Notes: a model not told the origin generated them from the sequence alone. Shown: positions 9,076-19,185, counted from the stretch's first letter. The stretch is DNA of 64,000 nucleotides from a virus (IMGVR_UViG_3300037349_000099:2076-66075), one strand, 5' to 3'. Program-made: numbers and translations.

Positions 9076-10928
9076 AATTCAACCGCATCAACATTGTCTC
9101 GGCGATAAACCACGCCGGCAAGAGCAGCCTGCAGAACGCCATCCAGTTCGCCTTCACCGGCGGGTGCGACGTGACCGAAGGCACCAAGGAACGCAAGCAG
9201 ACGGACCTGCTGAGGTTCAACGAAGAACTGGGCGCAATCGAGTTGCTACTCGACCTGGACGGCGTTCCCGTCGAACTCCGCGCATCGCTCTCCGCCCGCT
9301 CTGGCCTCAACGTCACCCGGCGCAACCCGGCAGACAAGAGCTGGAGCCCTGTCGCACTGGCTGAGGATATGAAGGCCGACAAGGAAGTCCTCGCGTGCCT
9401 CTGCGATAACAACTACTTCATCCAGAGCAGCCCGGCTGACCAGAAGAAGCTCCTGGCCGCCATCATCCTGCCGTCCACCTACGCATGGCCGGAGAACATC
9501 AAGTCCGACCTGCACAACTCGCGCATCACTCCGGACTGGAACAGCACGCCTTTCAGCATTATCGAGTTCGCCTATGACAAGGCTTTCAAGGCCCGCACGG
9601 AGGTCAACCGCTCAATCAAGGACTGGCGCGCCCCCCAGGATTCCGGCAAGTACGACGGTCCACCAATCGACGAGGTACGGGCTACGCTCAACCAGCGGCA
9701 GAACGAGCGCACATCTGTAGCGGTCGAGAAGAACGAACTCGCCAACGCCATCGCCACCGCCGAGCACAAGAAGACCAACTTTCTGCAGAAGGCGAATGAG
9801 GCGCAGGCGAAGATCGTCAACGAGCAGAAGGAGCGCGAGACGGTCGCCGCGGCTGCTTTGTCCAAGGCTGCCATCAAGAAGTTGGAGAGCGAGGCCGCGG
9901 GCGCAGAGAGGGCTGCTCAGTTGGAGTCCGACATCCTCACCCGGTCAACCGCTGTCGCCGCGTACAAGCGCCAACTGGAGGCAGTGCAGACGCTGGGCAA
10001 GACCCCCAAATGCCCAACCTGCTTTCAAGCCATCACGGAAGACGTGATCGACGCCATTGGCGTACCCATCCTTGAGACCATTGCGAAGCTCACCGAGCAA
10101 CAAGGATCCGCCCAGGACGAGCGTAGGGGTATGGGCGATCCCGCCGGCGCGCAGCGGAAACTCGATGCAGCCAAGACGGTGGAGCAAGACCTCCAGCGCA
10201 TCGACAAGCGGATCGCGGATCTCGAGCGCCAGGTCAAGAGCGCAACCGAGGAAGCCGAGAAGATCAACCCCGACGTACTGCCGAAGCCTGAGTCTCTCAA
10301 CGAGAAGTTGGCCGACCTCGACGGGCGCATCCAGCGCGGCACCGGATTTCTCGAAGCAGCCAACCGGGCCGATGCTCTCAAGGCCGATGCGGAGAAGGCG
10401 AACAAGGCCAAGGCGCTGCTCGATGCGGAACTCGCCCGGCTGGAGCGGCTGGTTGCCTTTTTTGGACCGAAGGGCGTGAAGGCGGAACTGATTGCCCAGC
10501 ACATCGGGAGCTTTGAACAGCGGATCAACGTGGCTCTGGCCAAGTGGGGCTATGAGTGCGCACTGTCGATCGAACCCTGGAGTTTCGTTGTCAAGCGCTT
10601 GGGCAGCCGGTACGCGGCGCAACTCCATCAACTCTCTCGCTCGGAGAAGATGCGGTTTGCCAATGCGTTCTCCGTGGCACTGGCCGTGGTGTCCGGATGG
10701 AACTTCGTGATCCTCGACGACTCCGAGACCATCATCGGCGATGACTCCGTGGCGCTGCTGAGGCTGGTCTACGAGTCCGAACTGGACCAGGCAATCATCC
10801 TCATGGCGACCGTGGACGAGCGCGTGTCCCACAAGCCGGGGACGTGCTTTGTTGCCCTCGACGAGTCCATGGAAGCAGAAATCAGCACAACCCACGTCAG
10901 GATGCTGGCGTCGACACCGGTAGCGTGA
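9018..10928 (+). CDS. Rad50/SbcC-like SMC ATPase
   Basis: Walker A NHAGKSS, long coiled coil with CPTC zinc hook, LSRSEK signature, ILDD Walker B. Confidence 0.88.
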   Translation: MRITKAHIENIRSHKDTTIEFNRINIVSAINHAGKSSLQNAIQFAFTGGCDVTEGTKERKQTDLLRFNEELGAIELLLDLDGVPVELRASLSARSGLNVTRRNPADKSWSPVALAEDMKADKEVLACLCDNNYFIQSSPADQKKLLAAIILPSTYAWPENIKSDLHNSRITPDWNSTPFSIIEFAYDKAFKARTEVNRSIKDWRAPQDSGKYDGPPIDEVRATLNQRQNERTSVAVEKNELANAIATAEHKKTNFLQKANEAQAKIVNEQKERETVAAAALSKAAIKKLESEAAGAERAAQLESDILTRSTAVAAYKRQLEAVQTLGKTPKCPTCFQAITEDVIDAIGVPILETIAKLTEQQGSAQDERRGMGDPAGAQRKLDAAKTVEQDLQRIDKRIADLERQVKSATEEAEKINPDVLPKPESLNEKLADLDGRIQRGTGFLEAANRADALKADAEKANKAKALLDAELARLERLVAFFGPKGVKAELIAQHIGSFEQRINVALAKWGYECALSIEPWSFVVKRLGSRYAAQLHQLSRSEKMRFANAFSVALAVVSGWNFVILDDSETIIGDDSVALLRLVYESELDQAIILMATVDERVSHKPGTCFVALDESMEAEISTTHVRMLASTPVA

Positions 10929-10931
10929 GCC

Positions 10932-11357
10932 ATGGCGTTACTCAACTTCAAAGAGCAGTTCGTTGAACCTATTCGGAGCGGACGGAAGCACCACACTATT
11001 CGCTCCACGCGGAGGATTCCCGTCAAGGCCGGGGATAACCTCTATCTCTACACCGGGCTTCGGCACAAGGGAGCATTTCGTATCTTGCCGGAGCCGGTCG
11101 TCTGCACGAAGACCTACTCGATTCAGATACATATTGTCTTCATTGCATCGGCCTGCCAACTCAAAGACGAGGTTGTCGTGTTGGACGGTCAGAAATTGGA
11201 ACAATCAGAGATGGAAGCCTTGGCGCAAGCCGACGGTTTCTCTGATTGGAACCAAATGCGGTGGTTCTGGATCAAGGCTCACGGCAAAGCAAAACGTGCC
11301 AATGGGTACAGGTATTCAATCGTCGAATTTAACGGCCAGATCATCCACTGGAGGTAG
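10932..11357 (+). CDS. ASCH-domain protein
   Basis: LNFK.QFVEPIRSGRKHHTIR, GD.LYLYTG.R, LAQADGF. Confidence 0.85.
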   Translation: MALLNFKEQFVEPIRSGRKHHTIRSTRRIPVKAGDNLYLYTGLRHKGAFRILPEPVVCTKTYSIQIHIVFIASACQLKDEVVVLDGQKLEQSEMEALAQADGFSDWNQMRWFWIKAHGKAKRANGYRYSIVEFNGQIIHWR

Positions 11358-11359
11358 CC

Positions 11360-11428
11360 ATGCCAATCCGCCCTGAAAACCGCGCGCTCTACCCGAAGGA
11401 CTGGCCTGCAATGACGCGCGCGCCGTGA
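11360..11428 (+). pseudogene. Truncated 22-codon duplicate of the 5' end of the 11754 HNH gene
   Basis: MPIRPENRALYPKDWPA versus MPIRPENRSLYPKDWPA; identical TACCCGAAGGACTGGCCTGCAAT in both copies. Confidence 0.75.
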
Positions 11429-11477
11429 TTGCCGAATCGGAATCCTGCATTGAGGAGTACGAGGCGGATATTCGCAT

Positions 11478-11744
11478 TTGGAAGAAGGCGCTAGAAGAGT
11501 TCGACCGAGACTGATGAGGATGGGAAGTATGGAACGCTGGTATCAGCAGTTGTACGCGAGATTCGTATTTTGGCTGGCGCGTAAATCTTGGCGAGCTTGT
11601 GTTCACGGAGAGAACATCGTTCTTAACCGGGCGGGGCCATATCCGGTGTGTGCTCTATGCCTTGAAGAACTCATGCATGAGTGGTCCGAAACAGAGCGCG
11701 ATGAATACTATCGTCGGCTCATCTCGCTCCTGGAAAAGAGCTAG
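11478..11744 (+). CDS. Hypothetical protein (start uncertain)
   Basis: ORF lying between the duplicated gene starts; contains CxxC. Confidence 0.45.
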   Translation: MEEGARRVRPRLMRMGSMERWYQQLYARFVFWLARKSWRACVHGENIVLNRAGPYPVCALCLEELMHEWSETERDEYYRRLISLLEKS

Positions 11745-11753
11745 CGTAATACC

Positions 11754-12116
11754 ATGCCTATACGCCCAGAAAATCGCTCTCTGTACCCGAAGGACTGGCC
11801 TGCAATCAGCAAGCGTATCCGATTTGAGCGGGCGCAAAGTCAGTGCGAATGGGTAGACGCATGGGATCAGGAAGACGACTCTCCAGACATTGAGCGGCGC
11901 TGCCAAGCCAAACACGGGGAGCGGCATCCAATCACGGGTTCTAAGGTGATTCTCACGGTAATGCACCTCGACCATGATCCAACCAACTGCGCAGACGGCA
12001 ACCTGAAAGCCGCCTGCCAGTGGCATCACAACATGTACGACCGCGAGCACCGCAACGGCACCAGGCAGAAGACGATGCGGGCCCGGAAGAATACGCTGGA
12101 GATGTTTGAAGCATGA
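11754..12116 (+). CDS. HNH-like phage protein
   Basis: YPKDWPAIS..IR.ERA...CE, LTVMHLDHDP.NC...NL.A.CQ.HH..YD. Confidence 0.85.
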   Translation: MPIRPENRSLYPKDWPAISKRIRFERAQSQCEWVDAWDQEDDSPDIERRCQAKHGERHPITGSKVILTVMHLDHDPTNCADGNLKAACQWHHNMYDREHRNGTRQKTMRARKNTLEMFEA

Positions 12117-12661
12117 AAAGCTCAATCAAGGCCGGAACTCTCTTCCCCAAGGAAGCGCATAAGTCGTGGATGGAAATCACCGGTAGCCGCTACCGGAATA
12201 TGTGCGAGCGGTTGAAGAAGAAGGGACTCCCGGCGCCGTCATTCAACCTGTACGAGTTCCGGCGAGACATTCTCTCGGTCCAAGGCGGAAACGACGACGG
12301 GCCGATACAGTGCCGGTACTGTAATCGCTGGTTTACACTGGCGGAGTGCGACGTTGACCACGGTACGCCACTCGGCCGCGGTGGATCTTCGGGACTCGAC
12401 AATCTCGATTACCCATGCGCCCAGGACAACGACCGCAAAGGGGAACTGACCGTGGCCGAGTACACGGCTCTGCTGGCGTACCTGAACACGGTTCACCCTC
12501 TGGCCCGGCAGGATGTGTTGTCGCGGCTGGAGAAATCGAATAAGCTGGCTGCGGCAGCCAACCGGACACGGATGCTGATGGCCAGGTTAGCGGCGGCCGA
12601 GGGTAAGAGCAAGCCCAGGCAGCGCGCCGTCGAGGAAGATGATCCTTTGGGGAAGTTCTAG
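12113..12661 (+). CDS. HNH endonuclease
   Basis: CRYC...DVDH..PL.RGG....NL...C...N..KG. Confidence 0.85.
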   Translation: MKSSIKAGTLFPKEAHKSWMEITGSRYRNMCERLKKKGLPAPSFNLYEFRRDILSVQGGNDDGPIQCRYCNRWFTLAECDVDHGTPLGRGGSSGLDNLDYPCAQDNDRKGELTVAEYTALLAYLNTVHPLARQDVLSRLEKSNKLAAAANRTRMLMARLAAAEGKSKPRQRAVEEDDPLGKF

Positions 12662-12910
12662 CGTGTTTGCTTGCGGCACCGGGCGGGTGAAGGAGGAGTT
12701 TAGATGGGTTTCGTTCCGATAATCGCAGCACAAGCAGCAATCAACGCCACTTATGCGAGTCGCCATAGTCGCCATAGTGGACCTTTCCAGATCAGCAACC
12801 AGGCATCACGCTGGTTCAGGTACTCGCAGGTCAGTGGCACTGGCTGGTTTCGCTGGCGCACAGGATTTACTAACACATCACAACTAGCGCCAACGGCGCG
12901 GAGGAGAACG

Positions 12911-13009
12911 ATGTCGGAGTATTGGAATGGGTTCAGCGTGGGTGCGGTGAGTGGGTTCTTTGTCGGGCTCTTCCTCGCAATAGGCATGTTTCTACTATTT
13001 GGCCGGTAG
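12911..13009 (+). CDS. Small membrane peptide
   Basis: GAGGAG RBS; single hydrophobic helix. Confidence 0.5.
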   Translation: MSEYWNGFSVGAVSGFFVGLFLAIGMFLLFGR

Positions 13010-13048
13010 CCTCCACCGCACAGCGGGCCGGGAGCAGAAAGGACGCAA

Positions 13049-13438
13049 ATGAACCAGCAGGAGCAGGAAGCATACGTAAGAGCGCGGTGGAAGAGGGCTG
13101 AATTATACGAAGGACTTATCGGTGAGGATGAGTATGAGTACGGGTGGCGTGTTCTTATTGTGGGCGTAGGTCGTATGAAGGCGTGTGACACAGAAGCCGC
13201 CGCATGGCAAGCCGCCTACGAGTGGACGGCTGCCCGCGAGGAAGAGATACGGCAACTGAGAGCGGAGATAGAGGCATTGCAGATCAATTCCTATGCTGGG
13301 TCCGATAAGTTCGAATCTTCTATTGGCGAAGGGCTGAATGTTGCTAGAAGGACTATCCATCATTGCCGCTTATCACGCACTCTCGACCGTCTCCAGCAAG
13401 CCCTGGAAGATCTGACGAAAGGAATGGTGCAGCCATGA
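13049..13438 (+). CDS. Hypothetical protein
   Basis: AAGGA RBS; ATGA coupling to next gene. Confidence 0.65.
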   Translation: MNQQEQEAYVRARWKRAELYEGLIGEDEYEYGWRVLIVGVGRMKACDTEAAAWQAAYEWTAAREEEIRQLRAEIEALQINSYAGSDKFESSIGEGLNVARRTIHHCRLSRTLDRLQQALEDLTKGMVQP

Positions 13439-13743
13439 GCGAGATACCGCGATACGACACGCTCAACGATGTCGAATTTCGCAGCAAAGATGGCCCTTAC
13501 TACATGGTCGCCGACGCCGACGCCAAACTCGCCACACTCGCCAATGAGCTTTTGGCCGCGAACATGGCGTGGGCCAACAAGTGTGAAGAGAACGCCGCCC
13601 TCACCGCCAAGTTGGCCGAATCGCGGGCCGCTCTCAAGGATGCCGAATCGAAGGCGCTTACACCTTGCCCAGACTGCGGCTGGATAGCCGGTGAACGCAC
13701 AGTTTTATTAGACATGGAGGATAATTCTGAAAATGCTGACTGA
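13435..13743 (+). CDS. Hypothetical coiled-coil protein with CxxC
   Basis: ATGA-coupled; DG.Y....DA pattern common in phage accessory genes. Confidence 0.65.
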   Translation: MSEIPRYDTLNDVEFRSKDGPYYMVADADAKLATLANELLAANMAWANKCEENAALTAKLAESRAALKDAESKALTPCPDCGWIAGERTVLLDMEDNSENAD

Positions 13744-14044
13744 CGAGCGTTTGACATCGATTGCCGAGAGCGAACTATGCGAGGAGCACCTTGATGACGT
13801 GCCTTGCGGCGTGTGTGACGGGATACTCGCAGCGCGTGAGTGCTTGGCATTGCGGGCGCGCGTGAAGCGAATGGAAGCGCCGGTGAGCCGCCATGACGAC
13901 CACGCACGCATTCTCCAGAGATATTTCCTAACGGGGGGACGGCAGTACCGCTACACCAATCTAGACGCGAATGATTTGTGGGTGCTAATAAATGAGTTTG
14001 TCGCCGCCCGCGCACACGAGCCACAGAAGGAGAACGCGAATTGA
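13733..14044 (+). CDS. Hypothetical protein
   Basis: GGAGG RBS; LTDERL N-terminus. Confidence 0.65.
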   Translation: MLTDERLTSIAESELCEEHLDDVPCGVCDGILAARECLALRARVKRMEAPVSRHDDHARILQRYFLTGGRQYRYTNLDANDLWVLINEFVAARAHEPQKENAN

Positions 14045-15414
14045 ACGAGATACCCGACCTGAGGTTAGACCAAGGTTTGCCGGCAGACATCACCGCCGAG
14101 CGAGTAATCCTTGGGAGCATTTTATTGGACAACTCCGCTTTTGCTGAAGCCTCCGAAAAGCTCGACTCGGACGACTTTAGCCTTGATTCCCATCGCCGCA
14201 TTTTCCTGCGCATGTCGGAGTTGATGGGCAAGCAGCGCGCCGTAGATATTGTGACGCTGGCGCACGAACTCGGGCGACACAAGGAAGTGGAGTCAGTTGG
14301 CGGGGTTGCCTACCTGGCCAGTCTCACGGAGGGACTTCCGCGGCGGCCGGTGATTGGTGAGTACATCCGAATTATTAAGGACAAGAGCCTGCTGCGCAAA
14401 CTTATGGGCATCAGTTCCAGAGCCATTGCCCGAGCCGCAGACCAGGGAGAGACGGCCCTTGAAGTTCTCGGCTCGGAACTGGAACAGCTCCAGCAGATCG
14501 CCGAGCAGGGCATCTCGTCCCCGCTCCAGAGCTTCGGCGCGTTCGTCGAGAAGCAGTATCCCTCTATCGATGCGGTGTTCAAGCACTCGGCGCGGTCCCA
14601 GGGATTGCCTAGTGGCCTAAAGGAGCTTGACCTCTTGACCTGTGGCTTCCAACGGAAAGAGTTGATCGTCGTGGCGGCCAGGCCCGCCATGGGGAAGACA
14701 GCCGCCGGCCTAAAGTTCTGCGCTCACGCATCCATCGACCTCGACCAAACATCGGCGCTGTTCTCGATGGAGATGCGCAAGGAAGCAATTCTTCACCGAC
14801 TGGTATCCATGCGCAGCACAGTGACGCTGAATGACATCCGCGAAGGCCGTTGGACCGACACGAACAAGCGGTACGCGCTGGACGCCATGGGAGAGATTGT
14901 AGACGCCCCGCTCTACATCGACGACCAGCCGGGGCAGTCCGTCCAGAAGATCAAGGCCAAGGCCGCAAGGTTGAAGTCTCAGACCGGGCATCTTGATTTG
15001 ATTGTCATTGACCAGTTGAACTACATCGCGCTCCCGGTGGACTCGAAGAAATACGGCAACCGGAGCCAGGATCTAGGCTTCATCACGCGCGGGCTTAAAG
15101 GCATAGCCGTGGAGTTGGATGTGCCGGTGGTGGTCCTGCATCAGTTGAGCCGGGCCAATGAGAAGCGGGACGATCGGGAGCCGCGCCTAAGTGATCTGAG
15201 AGACTCGGGCGAGATTGAGCAGGATAGCGACGTGGTGATCTTTCCCCACCGTCCGAGTTACTATGACACCAAGGCCGACGATAAAGAGAAATTGAAGGCG
15301 GTCATGATTCTGAGCAAGCAGCGCCAGGGGCCCACTGGCCGGGCCGAGTGTGAGTATGTGGCCGAGAATACGCTGTTCAGGAACGTGGAGGTCAAGGCGA
15401 GCTTATGGACATAG
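14041..15414 (+). CDS. dnaB: Replicative DNA helicase DnaB
   Basis: AER.ILGSILLDN, AARPAMGKT, FSMEM, LHQLSR..E.R....P.LSDLRDSGEIEQDSD, KQRQGPTG. Confidence 0.97.
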   Translation: MNEIPDLRLDQGLPADITAERVILGSILLDNSAFAEASEKLDSDDFSLDSHRRIFLRMSELMGKQRAVDIVTLAHELGRHKEVESVGGVAYLASLTEGLPRRPVIGEYIRIIKDKSLLRKLMGISSRAIARAADQGETALEVLGSELEQLQQIAEQGISSPLQSFGAFVEKQYPSIDAVFKHSARSQGLPSGLKELDLLTCGFQRKELIVVAARPAMGKTAAGLKFCAHASIDLDQTSALFSMEMRKEAILHRLVSMRSTVTLNDIREGRWTDTNKRYALDAMGEIVDAPLYIDDQPGQSVQKIKAKAARLKSQTGHLDLIVIDQLNYIALPVDSKKYGNRSQDLGFITRGLKGIAVELDVPVVVLHQLSRANEKRDDREPRLSDLRDSGEIEQDSDVVIFPHRPSYYDTKADDKEKLKAVMILSKQRQGPTGRAECEYVAENTLFRNVEVKASLWT

Positions 15415-15845
15415 TGAAGTGGTTGGAGCGCCGAGTGTGGCCGTGGTCCGAACTCCGCAGGCTGCGGAACTGGAAGGAAAGTATGCTCGAAGTCGAGCGC
15501 GGCTGGGATGAGCAACTGGTCGCGCGCGAACTTGACATCGAGTGGGGAGCGAAGATCCGGCCGCAGATACGGACGAAGATTCACGGTCTCAAGTCGCGCC
15601 TCTACTTCGCAGAGAGACAGGTTGCGATCCGCGAGTCTCTCCACGAGCAGCAATGGCTGATGGAGGCCGCGAGGTTTGCCGGGGTGGACTTCGGGTGGAT
15701 TGACGGGCAGGTTCAGGACGGGCTGCTGTCGCACAACGGAGAGCTTCAGTGCGCGAGGGAGTGCTACCGGCGCGGCATGGGCTATCGGGAGTTTCCGGAG
15801 TTTCTGAGGATGTATCGGGGCAGGGAAGGGAGGATGTGCCGATGA
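15405..15845 (+). CDS. Hypothetical protein
   Basis: Coupled ORF in operon. Confidence 0.6.
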   Translation: MDIVKWLERRVWPWSELRRLRNWKESMLEVERGWDEQLVARELDIEWGAKIRPQIRTKIHGLKSRLYFAERQVAIRESLHEQQWLMEAARFAGVDFGWIDGQVQDGLLSHNGELQCARECYRRGMGYREFPEFLRMYRGREGRMCR

Positions 15846-16099
15846 ACAAGTGGAAGCGCAGAATCGCAACGGCGTGGAAGGTTCTGACGGGCAAGCAATG
15901 CCTGTTGACCGATGCGGCGACGAAGGTCGTCTATGTGCAGAGAGACGGGCCGAACGGCAAGATCGTGCAGTTGGTCCCATGGCGCGATCAGATACTGGCG
16001 CTGGACAACAATGGGAGCATCCTGCTGATTCATACAGGCTACGACAACTTAGACCCGATGATACAACTGTGGATGCATGAGCCGAGGGTGAGCCGATGA
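15842..16099 (+). CDS. Hypothetical protein
   Basis: GGAGG RBS, ATGA overlap. Confidence 0.65.
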   Translation: MNKWKRRIATAWKVLTGKQCLLTDAATKVVYVQRDGPNGKIVQLVPWRDQILALDNNGSILLIHTGYDNLDPMIQLWMHEPRVSR

Positions 16100-16275
16100 G
16101 ACAGCGATGGAATTGCTGGTTCGGAAAGACGTACAGCCGTACTCGCTGGTGGAGCATCAACCTCTGGCCTGCGGTCCAATTCGACTGGATTTGCGGTAAT
16201 GAGTCATTCCACATCGAAGCTAAGTGGCTGCTGTGGGAGTTCAAACTTAACACTTTTTGGAAGAGGGAGCCATGA
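16096..16275 (+). CDS. Trp-rich 59-aa protein (not in ORF track)
   Basis: ATGA overlaps at both ends; MRQRWNCWFGK...FWKREP. Confidence 0.6.
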   Translation: MRQRWNCWFGKTYSRTRWWSINLWPAVQFDWICGNESFHIEAKWLLWEFKLNTFWKREP

Positions 16276-16586
16276 GCATCTTCGATCAGAGTGTAGACCG
16301 CGACTACTACCTCCAGCACATGAAAGACACGATGGACTGGATCGAGCGCAAGATGCGCGAGGCCGAGGAGGCTGCGGCCAAAGACCCGACTCTGCGAAAG
16401 ACTGGCTACGACGTGGGAATCTACGTCGAGGGGCGCTGGCTCAAGCAGTTGATAGCCGAGTGCGTGGCCAAACACCAGATGCTTGAGGCGATGCAGCGCA
16501 GGATAGCGGAGACGGCTGCCGCCGGGCTGGCCATGATGCCTCAGCAGATTTTCTACTCCGAGCCCAAAAAGGATGGCAAGTCTTGA
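16272..16586 (+). CDS. Hypothetical protein
   Basis: GAGGGAG RBS, ATGA overlap. Confidence 0.65.
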   Translation: MSIFDQSVDRDYYLQHMKDTMDWIERKMREAEEAAAKDPTLRKTGYDVGIYVEGRWLKQLIAECVAKHQMLEAMQRRIAETAAAGLAMMPQQIFYSEPKKDGKS

Positions 16587-16999
16587 AGCGCACCCGCGTC
16601 CGCCAATACGTCGAGCGCCTGACCGGCTGGCACTATGCCGATGGGGCGTGGATCAGGCAGCAGCCGTTCATCTGCTTCTCACAGGAAATCGACATCGAGG
16701 AACTCAAGCGGCGCTACCCAGACCTGCCACAGTACGACATCCGCACGCCACCGATGCCGCCTGGCGCGATCGGTCAGAAGCTCTGCATCTACGCACCGCT
16801 CGAAGTGGAGGTTGACCCAGCCGAAGAAGTGAAGAAGCCATCTAAGGCGGAAATAGAGGAATTTACCGACCAGTATTCGGATTTCCTCCGATCACTTCCT
16901 AAGATGTCCGTCAAGTCGCTCGTCTCCCGCATCAGACGTGACACTGAGGCATTCTTCAATAAAAAAGCGCCTCGACAAGATGGCCGAGCTGATGGATGA
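16583..16999 (+). CDS. Hypothetical protein
   Basis: TTG start overlapping the upstream stop. Confidence 0.55.
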   Translation: MKRTRVRQYVERLTGWHYADGAWIRQQPFICFSQEIDIEELKRRYPDLPQYDIRTPPMPPGAIGQKLCIYAPLEVEVDPAEEVKKPSKAEIEEFTDQYSDFLRSLPKMSVKSLVSRIRRDTEAFFNKKAPRQDGRADG

Positions 17000-17017
17000 T
17001 TACTGGAGGGGAAGGAA

Positions 17018-17467
17018 ATGACCAACGGAATTGTGTCACTCATAATCAACGGCCAAATGATGTTCAAACTGATCACCGACCATGACGGGCAGGCAGCGGG
17101 GGACGTTGCCGCGCGCATCCGTGCCATGATTTCCCACAACGAGATGCCGACGGCGGCCAGCCTGCGGAGTGCAGCCATAGAGGAAGGCTTCGGCGCGGAG
17201 GATACGCTGATCATCGTGGAGCGTGGCCCGTGGGATGGCGCAACGGACCTGATTATCCATGCACCCTCGGAGATGGAGTGCGACTGGAACGAAGGAGAGA
17301 GCACCCGCTACCGGGATACCTTCGACGTTCCGCAGTTCAATCCGCGCTGGAAGTTCGGGACTGCGCCGTATGTCGAGGTAGTGGAGTTGTGGGTGATTAC
17401 ATCCGCCGCCCCACTCGCCCCCGACCCAGCCGCGCCGGCTCTTCCGCAGTCCGAACCTCTTGGCTGA
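17018..17467 (+). CDS. Hypothetical protein (3' end overlaps terL)
   Basis: GGAGG RBS; last gene of the + strand block. Confidence 0.65.
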   Translation: MTNGIVSLIINGQMMFKLITDHDGQAAGDVAARIRAMISHNEMPTAASLRSAAIEEGFGAEDTLIIVERGPWDGATDLIIHAPSEMECDWNEGESTRYRDTFDVPQFNPRWKFGTAPYVEVVELWVITSAAPLAPDPAAPALPQSEPLG

Positions 17468-19085
17468 GCTGGACTCTGTATATATTGAGGCTATGGCTGT
17501 CGAGTCCGGACTCCTGCATCGCCCGTAACTTCTCCTCGTTCTCCACCGCCTTGGGCTTCTTGCCGGGTTCCAGTTTGCTCTTGAGCGCATACCTGAAGGC
17601 GTCCGCGGTATCCATTTCGATGCGCGCCGTGGACTCATCCGTCTTCAAAACGTCGCTCAGGTCTTTCGGGTTGCGCATCAGCAGCGGGATCGAACTGATA
17701 AGTGCCGGGCAGTTGGCCGAGATGAGGATTACCTGGTCGTTCCGCTGGCCCTTGCGCTTGGTAGCCAGGAACAGCCGGGACATCAGCGACCAGCCGCCGG
17801 AGCGGTCATTGTCGGCCTGCCGGGGGTACGGCATCCCTGCCTCACTGAGAATCTCGCCCTGTATCTGCGCGATGGTGTTCTGGCTGCTCTTTTTGCCGAA
17901 GGCGTCGGGTGAAAGGAAGAAGTCTGACATCTGCTCGCGCTCGCGCTGCGGGGTTCTCTCGACGATCTGCGCGGCTACGTCCTGCTCGTCAAACTCGCCG
18001 GAGACATACTTGGCAGCATCGGCTTGCCTGTTCGTCTCGCCGCCCGCGATGTACTCCCGGTAGACGACGATCACTCTCAGGGTCAGCCGCACGTCCCAGT
18101 CAATGTATTTCTTCGCCTCCGCCGGCGACATCTCTCCATGGGCCATCCAGTAGGTTGGGCAGAAGTGTCCGCGTGCCCAGTCCTGCGCCAGCCACCGCTC
18201 CCACCACGGCTTGACCATCTCATCGACCGTCTCGGGAGAAATGACCGTCGAGTTGCGGTCGAATGACTTGGCGAAGAACGCCCCTTCCAGTACATCCCAC
18301 GAGCCGTAGAAGTCGCGCTTGACCAGCGCATCATCCTGGCTCATCAGGTCGCGCCCGTACTGGGAGCGGGTAGCGCAGTATTCGATGCGCTTCTTCTCTG
18401 GCCACGAATAGTAGTCTTCTGCTGTCAATCCATCCGCTTCGAGCGCCGGCCGCGACCACTCCACATTGTCATAGGGAAAGAAGTGGACGAACGTAAACTG
18501 CCGTGGGTCTTCGCGCTCGTTGTACTCAAGGTCGTGGAACTTCTTCCGCATGAAGTCGATGCCCACCCCGCCCATATTGAAGAACAGCCAGAGCTTGCAC
18601 GTGCCCTCGGGAACGCCGGGCCAGCGGACGGCTTGCTTGATTTCGCGGAGTTCCTCCTCAGTGAACTGCTCGGCCTGGTCGATGGCGATGTCGAAGTAGT
18701 TGGCGGAGCGGAACCGGCGGATTACGTCTTTCAGCGTCTCAGCGTAAGTGAACTTGATGACGGATGGCGGTCCCTCTCGAAATGGAAGGGAGATGGTGCG
18801 CTCTCCCTTGTGGTATCCGGCTTCAAGCTGCGGCCAGGTCCGAATGATGGGCAGTTCGTGGTAGTCGCGCACCTGGTCCGAGTTGCGCATCACGATGGCG
18901 CCGATGGTGCCGGGGTGCATAAGACGACGGGCCAGCATAACACGATGGATGCAGCCGGACTTGGCCCCGCCGCGACCGCCGCCGCCGCCCACCCAGGTTG
19001 CAGTCCCTTCCTCGATCTTGTCGAGAATCTCACCCTGCTTTGGTTGTAAAGAAATATAAGGGTTAAATACTGGAGTAGAGTCCAT
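17397..19085 (-). CDS. terL: Terminase large subunit
   Basis: LQPKQ, GGGRGGAKS Walker A, IAIDQAEQF Walker B, NMGG, GSWD...GAFF, RNase-H-like C-domain ending DTADAFRY. Confidence 0.93.
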   Translation of the reverse strand: MDSTPVFNPYISLQPKQGEILDKIEEGTATWVGGGGGRGGAKSGCIHRVMLARRLMHPGTIGAIVMRNSDQVRDYHELPIIRTWPQLEAGYHKGERTISLPFREGPPSVIKFTYAETLKDVIRRFRSANYFDIAIDQAEQFTEEELREIKQAVRWPGVPEGTCKLWLFFNMGGVGIDFMRKKFHDLEYNEREDPRQFTFVHFFPYDNVEWSRPALEADGLTAEDYYSWPEKKRIEYCATRSQYGRDLMSQDDALVKRDFYGSWDVLEGAFFAKSFDRNSTVISPETVDEMVKPWWERWLAQDWARGHFCPTYWMAHGEMSPAEAKKYIDWDVRLTLRVIVVYREYIAGGETNRQADAAKYVSGEFDEQDVAAQIVERTPQREREQMSDFFLSPDAFGKKSSQNTIAQIQGEILSEAGMPYPRQADNDRSGGWSLMSRLFLATKRKGQRNDQVILISANCPALISSIPLLMRNPKDLSDVLKTDESTARIEMDTADAFRYALKSKLEPGKKPKAVENEEKLRAMQESGLDSHSLNIYRVQLSQEVRTAEEPARLGRGRVGRRM

Positions 19086-19185
19086 TTTCGGGCCTTTCGG
19101 TGTTACTGTATCGAGGTTATCGAATGTGCCGAGCGTGCCACTTGGCGACAGAGATGCGGCGATATTGGAGACTTCATCCAGTCGG

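Noticed and set aside
12757-12778. AGTCGCCAT tandem duplication
   Set aside because: Two copies only; likely slippage with no evident function.
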